Origin: Victivallaceae bacterium
GTDB taxonomy: Bacteria; Verrucomicrobiota; Lentisphaeria; Victivallales; Victivallaceae
Direction of reading: 5' to 3'
NCBI GenBank assembly: GCA_031548025.1
Contig: JAVBRM010000023.1
Span: 70,362 to 134,361, forward strand
Length of the DNA stretch: 64,000 nt
Part shown: positions 60,226 to 64,000 of the stretch, piece by piece
Layout of the letters: each line of letters starts with the position of its first letter
How positions within the stretch are numbered: position 1 is the stretch's first letter
The notes under the pieces: generated by a model
The model's database searches: none
Seen by the model: the letters and a program-made list of their open reading frames with translations, nothing else
Told to the model about the DNA's origin: nothing
Program-made: the position numbers and the translations under genes

Positions 60226-61056
60226 TTACAGGATTATTCGCTTGCCGTTTTTACGCGCGGTATCGGCGTCGGCAATGGCTTTTTTCAGAGGTAGGACCAT
60301 TTTTTCGATGGCGGATTCAACATCCCGGCGACCGATTTCGGCGGAGGCGCTTTCCGGATACCCCATCACCCCGACTTCGATTTCCGGGCGCTGCCTGGTG
60401 GTGACGATCTCCTGCGGCAATCCTGTCAACGAAGTCTTGAGCTGATAGCCGTCCTGGTCGCAGCGCATCAACTTAGCCAGTTCCGGCTTATCCATTTCCA
60501 ATTCATCCATCCTGACCAGCTGCGGCCGGTAGGCCATCATCAGCGATGTTTCCGCTTCACCGGCATGGAAATCGTTGCCGCCTTCTTCGGCGTTCACTGC
60601 CGGCGGGCGCTTCCAGAAGTCAGCACGGCGCAAGAACATGATCATTACCGGTTCCAGGGCCGGGTTCATCCATTTCAGGATCCGCAACGATTCTTTGAGA
60701 ATCGCCAGACTCTCGCTGCCGCCGTGACCGGGATAAATCAGGATATTCAGAAACCCCTGCCCCGCCAGCGATTCCACGATATCGCACACCATATTGCAGA
60801 AATTAGTCGGCTTAACGTTGATCGTCCCCGGCAATTGCCCGCCGGAAAAACAGTAATTCAGGCAGGGCGCCACGATGCAGTCGAGTTTTTTCGCCAACTC
60901 ATAGGCCGGAACTTCCGCATTGTGAATATCCATGCTCAGCGGCAGATGATAACCATGTTGCTCCACCACGCCATAAGGGAAAATAATGGTTTGATTATGT
61001 TTAAGATACTCGCGGACTTCCTTTACCGTCATTTCGCCCATGGCATGTGTTCTCAT
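60226..61056 (-). CDS. creatininase-family amidohydrolase
   Basis: IIFPYGVVEQHGYHLPLSMD, YPGHGGS and DFHAGEAETS are creatininase-family metal-site motifs. ATG 61056 follows AAGGAAA and lies downstream of the promoter at 61091-61118. The track start 61281 would overlap the upstream AraC gene by about 100 nt. Confidence 0.8.
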   Translation of the reverse strand: MRTHAMGEMTVKEVREYLKHNQTIIFPYGVVEQHGYHLPLSMDIHNAEVPAYELAKKLDCIVAPCLNYCFSGGQLPGTINVKPTNFCNMVCDIVESLAGQGFLNILIYPGHGGSESLAILKESLRILKWMNPALEPVMIMFLRRADFWKRPPAVNAEEGGNDFHAGEAETSLMMAYRPQLVRMDELEMDKPELAKLMRCDQDGYQLKTSLTGLPQEIVTTRQRPEIEVGVMGYPESASAEIGRRDVESAIEKMVLPLKKAIADADTARKNGKRIIL

Positions 61057-61090
61057 TCTGCAAATTTCCTTTTTTTGCTGTTTGAGTATA

Positions 61091-61118
61091 ATTATATAAC
61101 CGTACCCGGCAAAATCAA
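61091..61118 (-). promoter_or_regulatory. promoter TTGATT-16-TATAAT for the creatininase-family gene
   Basis: The reverse strand reads TTGATT (61118-61113) ttgccgggtacggtta TATAAT (61096-61091). Confidence 0.5.
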
Positions 61119-61183
61119 GACCTTTTATATCCATTTGGCACACATGCAAGCAAGATAACAACTCCTTATGATACTCCAGTGAA

Positions 61184-62035
61184 TCACAAACCTTTTCGAA
61201 CGGCTCCGGGAGTTTTGCCGCAGATTTTTTTGAACACCCGGTTGAAGTAGTACTCGCTGCCGAATCCCGCCCGTTCGGCAATTTCCGCGAGTGAAAGTTC
61301 TTTTTCAGACATCAGAGTTCTGGCGCGCCGAACCCGTTCCCGATTGACCAGGTCGACAAAAGTGGTATTCATACTCTCCTTTATCAAGTGTCCAGTACGG
61401 GACTCCGAGAGTCCCAGCGATTTGGCCAGATCGCCAATCCGGACATCGCGGTATGAATTCCGGCTGATATAGCGCCGGATCAGTCCGGCTCTCCCGAAAT
61501 CATTGTTGTTTTCTTCCCGCAAACGCTCAACAATCTGGATCAACCCGGCCCCGACGGTTTGCAGCAGCAGTGAAATTTCAGCGGCCTTATTATCATCCCA
61601 CAGCGGTAAACTCAAGTAGGCTTCGCGGAATTGCGGCGTGAATTCATGCAGCGGCGCATCCTGATTGCGAAAAGTCCCGCCGAACAGCGTCCCGACACAG
61701 GTCGAGTCCTGAAAAATCGGCACTACCACTTCCGACAAGTGACGCCAGCAATAAGTCCGCCACGGTTCACGGGCGGTTTCGCACTTCTTCAGTATCTGGT
61801 GTTGGCAATGCTCAATGCATCGCCGGCGTACTTCGGGCGGATCGGATTCGCGGCGGCAACAGCATGAACGGTGTATATTGCGATCCGGAAAAATCATATT
61901 GCCGTCCGGCAGGCTGAGAATCCCCTTGTGGTCATGCACGACAATCAACATGCCGAAGGCTTTTTCCAGCCCCTGAATCATCCGCTCCAGTTGATTGGAT
62001 GCATTGTTTTTATCGATGGTCATCAATTTATTCAT
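61184..62035 (-). CDS. AraC-family transcriptional regulator with Cys-rich PocR-like N-terminal sensor domain
   Basis: C-terminal HTH ...IGDLAKSLGLSESRTGHLIKESMNTTFVDLVNRERVRRARTLMSEKELSLAEIAERAGFGSEYYFNRVFKKICGKTPGAV. The N-domain VVHDHKGILS...HRSCCCRRES...RRCIEHCQHQILKKCETAREPWRTYCWRHLSEVVVPIFQDSTCVGTLFGG resembles PocR-type sensors (tentative). Confidence 0.8.
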   Translation of the reverse strand: MNKLMTIDKNNASNQLERMIQGLEKAFGMLIVVHDHKGILSLPDGNMIFPDRNIHRSCCCRRESDPPEVRRRCIEHCQHQILKKCETAREPWRTYCWRHLSEVVVPIFQDSTCVGTLFGGTFRNQDAPLHEFTPQFREAYLSLPLWDDNKAAEISLLLQTVGAGLIQIVERLREENNNDFGRAGLIRRYISRNSYRDVRIGDLAKSLGLSESRTGHLIKESMNTTFVDLVNRERVRRARTLMSEKELSLAEIAERAGFGSEYYFNRVFKKICGKTPGAVRKGL

Positions 62036-62144
62036 GTCGCTAATATAATGATATTTTTGTTAATTTCCACCAATTTCAGCGATTTTGTATAAATATCAGC
62101 AAATTTATGCATTGTTATCTGAACCGATAAATTGTATATTTATA

Positions 62145-62256
62145 TTAATTGAAAATTGAAAATGGAAAATTAATAAGAGATTCGCGGTTCTCCTATAACC
62201 TTAAATCATGTTAAAAGATTCTTCATTTTCAATTTTCAATTTTCAATTTTCAATTC
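62145..62256. repeat. heptad-based inverted-repeat element, copy 2
   Basis: The left arm is TTAATTGAAAATTGAAAATGGAAAATTAAT (62145-62174). The right arm has four perfect tandem ATTTTCA heptads (62225-62252) plus ATTC. The spacer is 49 nt. The arms are related to those of 10717-10817. Confidence 0.7.
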
Positions 62257-62288
62257 TAATAAAGTCAACACTAAGGAGAACTGGAATT

Positions 62289-63575
62289 ATGTGGAATATA
62301 AAAAAAGATTATGACGTCATTGTCTGCGGTGCCGGAATGACCGGATGTTGCGCCGCTCTCGCCGCTGCCGAAACCGGGGCCAAAACTCTGCTGATCGAAC
62401 ACGACTCAGGCCCGGGCGGCGTCGCGGTCTCCAGCGGATGCCCGACTTTCATGGGGTTCGGCGACAATGGACACCAGTATATCGCCGGAATGGCAGAAAA
62501 AATCATCCGCCGCCTGGATGAGGCTCACGTTCTGGCGGAAGTCGACCACACCGGAATCGTCGCGGATTCTCTCCAGGGGCGCCCGCTGCTCAAGACTTAC
62601 AGTGTGCCCGAACCGCAGTTAACCGTTATCCTGAACCGGATGCTGCTGGAATCCGGGGTCGATCTGCTTTATTATACCACGGTAGTTGAGGCTGAAGTCA
62701 GCGACTGCCGAATTCACGCTCTCAAGCTGTTTTATAACGGCAAAAGCGACTGGGTCCGCGCCAAGACATTTGTTGACGCCACCGGGGATGCCGCCCTCGC
62801 GACTCTGGCCGGTTGTCCGGTCATCGAAAATTCCGTGGAAGAAACCATGACCAAAACCATTCTGTTCAAAGTCGGCAATGTCAAATCCTACAATAAGCCG
62901 GAACTCGCCCGCCGATTCATGGAAGCTTGCGCCGCGGGGCGCTTCCCCCTGGCCGGTCAGGACCGTTTCATGGGCGGACCGCTCGGCAACGACGGCGAAA
63001 TCCAACTGAATATCACCCTCACCTCAGGCAATGCCCTTGACCCGGCCGAGGTAACCCGGATGGATATCGAACTCCGCGAACAGGTCTTTGTCGCCCTCGA
63101 GTGGTTGCGCCGGGAATTCCCGGAATTCAGTGAGTGCCAGCTTCACTGCGTGGCCCCGAAAATCGGCGTTCGGGCCGGACGCAACATCGTCGCCCGCGAA
63201 ATGATCACCTATGATGACGTCCTGAACGCCACTCCCGTGGCCGAACCGGTAGCGGTAAGCCGCCGCAGCATGGGAGGACACGGTTTGAAATGCTTCCAGA
63301 ATCCCTGGGAAAAAGCGATTAACCGCCAACGCAGCGTTCCTTACGGCTCACTGCTGCCGCAAAACATCGACAATCTGCTGGTCGGCGGCCGCGGCCTCGG
63401 CGTGGAAGTCCGCGTGATTTCCTCGATCCGGATGATGCCCGTCTGCATGGCTACCGGCCACGCCGCCGGAACCGCCGCCGCCCTCGGCGCTCTCAGCGGC
63501 GTCCCTGTGCCTTATGAAAAACTGAGAGACGCTTTGCTCGCCCAGAACGCAATCCTCACTCCCCCCGGCGAGTAA
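62289..63575 (+). CDS. FAD-dependent oxidoreductase (PF12831-like)
   Basis: ATG 62289 lies 7 nt after AAGGAG and gives MWNIKKDYDVIVCGAGMTGCCAALAAAETGAKTLLIEHDSGPGGV (GxGxxG). The track start 62208 translates the heptad repeat (SIFNFQFSIL) and is rejected. Confidence 0.85.
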   Translation: MWNIKKDYDVIVCGAGMTGCCAALAAAETGAKTLLIEHDSGPGGVAVSSGCPTFMGFGDNGHQYIAGMAEKIIRRLDEAHVLAEVDHTGIVADSLQGRPLLKTYSVPEPQLTVILNRMLLESGVDLLYYTTVVEAEVSDCRIHALKLFYNGKSDWVRAKTFVDATGDAALATLAGCPVIENSVEETMTKTILFKVGNVKSYNKPELARRFMEACAAGRFPLAGQDRFMGGPLGNDGEIQLNITLTSGNALDPAEVTRMDIELREQVFVALEWLRREFPEFSECQLHCVAPKIGVRAGRNIVAREMITYDDVLNATPVAEPVAVSRRSMGGHGLKCFQNPWEKAINRQRSVPYGSLLPQNIDNLLVGGRGLGVEVRVISSIRMMPVCMATGHAAGTAAALGALSGVPVPYEKLRDALLAQNAILTPPGE

Positions 63576-63750
63576 AGTCAGTCATCAATCAGTAAAGAGT
63601 TGGTATGGCGGTCTGTCTCCAGGCCGCCCTCCTTACCTACCATATTCACCATGGGAAATCCGCAAAATTCATGTAATTTTAAAATCTGATTTGAAAAATA
63701 CATAAAATGCCGTATTTTAACTGAAGAAACAAATTGCGAGGATTTTGCTC

Positions 63751-64000
63751 ATGATTGAAAGAACCATTACTCCGCATTTGAAGCGGCTTGCCGGATATTT
63801 TCCAGTAGTAACCATCATGGGACCACGACAGTCCGGAAAAACGACCCTGGCAAAATCTGTATTTCCCGATTATAGCTATGTCAATCTGGAATCGCGTCCC
63901 GACCGCCTGCTGGCCGAAGAAGATCCTATCGCATTTTTCAAACAGTATCAAGCGCCGTTGATTATTGATGAAGTTCAGCGGGTACCCGACCTGCTCAGTA
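63751..64000 (+). CDS. AAA-type ATPase, DUF4143-family (5' part; runs off the right edge)
   Basis: MIERTITPHLKRLAGYFPVVTIMGPRQSGKTTLAKSVFPDYSYVNLE...PLIIDEVQRVPDL carries Walker A GPRQSGKT and Walker B-like IIDEVQ. This is the typical N-terminus of the AAA_14/DUF4143 family. GAGG lies 9 nt upstream. It is not in the track because there is no stop in the window. Confidence 0.75.
   Translation, partial: MIERTITPHLKRLAGYFPVVTIMGPRQSGKTTLAKSVFPDYSYVNLESRPDRLLAEEDPIAFFKQYQAPLIIDEVQRVPDLLS

Noticed and set aside
62224-62256. Possible CRISPR-like or satellite array (tandem ATTTTCA x4)
   Set aside because: The 7-nt units have no spacers, there are only four copies, and there is an inverted partner arm 50 nt away. 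This is a heptad inverted-repeat element, not a CRISPR array. No cas genes are in the window.
62208-62288. 5' extension of the FAD oxidoreductase ORF (track start 62208)
   Set aside because: The extension merely translates the ATTTTCA heptad repeat (SIFNFQFSIL). AAGGAG plus ATG at 62289 gives the canonical start immediately before the GxGxxG motif.
63679-63951. 90-aa minus-strand ORF at the right edge
   Set aside because: It lies opposite a plus-strand frame with SD, ATG 63751 and a clear Walker A ATPase N-terminus (GPRQSGKT).

Overview
This 64-kb chromosomal window holds about 46 protein-coding genes. I see no rRNA, tRNA, CRISPR array, transposase, integrase or reverse transcriptase.

**Housekeeping anchors:** tsaC (16686-17291), lepB-lepA (19122-22158, minus strand) and the membrane pyrophosphatase hppA (57166-59607, minus strand).

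**Carbohydrate loci:** the rest is dominated by about seven carbohydrate-utilisation-type loci.
- Large signal-peptide proteins with CBM-like modules, and cytoplasmic glycoside-hydrolase or lyase-like proteins.
- Sugar-modifying enzymes: UxaE epimerase, a Gfo/Idh/MocA oxidoreductase, a xylose-isomerase-like TIM barrel, an ASKHA/ROK-type kinase, a PMI-like cupin, two PF12831-type FAD proteins and two creatininase-family amidohydrolases.
- A transcription factor every few kb: 3 AraC, 1 AraC with a PocR-like sensor, 2 LacI, 1 GntR/PBP and 1 RpiR.
- Five loci each carry exactly one prepilin-type DUF1559 / H-X9-DG pilin-like gene. That family plus the overall content suggests a PVC-superphylum glycan degrader (Lentisphaerota / Kiritimatiellota / Planctomycetota-like). 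This is inference only.

**AT-richer patches:** 12.4-15.6 kb (HigBA-like toxin-antitoxin pair plus a secreted ankyrin-repeat protein), 44.8-49.5 kb and 55.3-57.1 kb look like accessory DNA.

**Intergenic regions:**
- Several textbook TTGACA-17-TATAAT promoters, CG-centred LacI-type palindromes and three clear intrinsic terminators.
- Unexplained repeats: two heptad-based inverted-repeat elements, a 164-bp element with 28-nt terminal inverted repeats, about 100-nt direct repeats bracketing a single gene, and a duplicated 31-nt promoter box.

**Best candidates for something new:**
- The recurring regulator -> single pilin-like gene -> secreted enzyme module, in loci that contain no recognisable transporter.
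- The repeat-bracketed membrane-protein gene at 55.5-56.6 kb.
- The heptad inverted-repeat elements.
- A creatininase-GNAT fusion.

**Limits:** all function calls come from motif recognition by eye, and no database search or folding was run. Many long ORFs in the supplied track are antisense shadows of real genes, and several track starts are 5' over-extensions.
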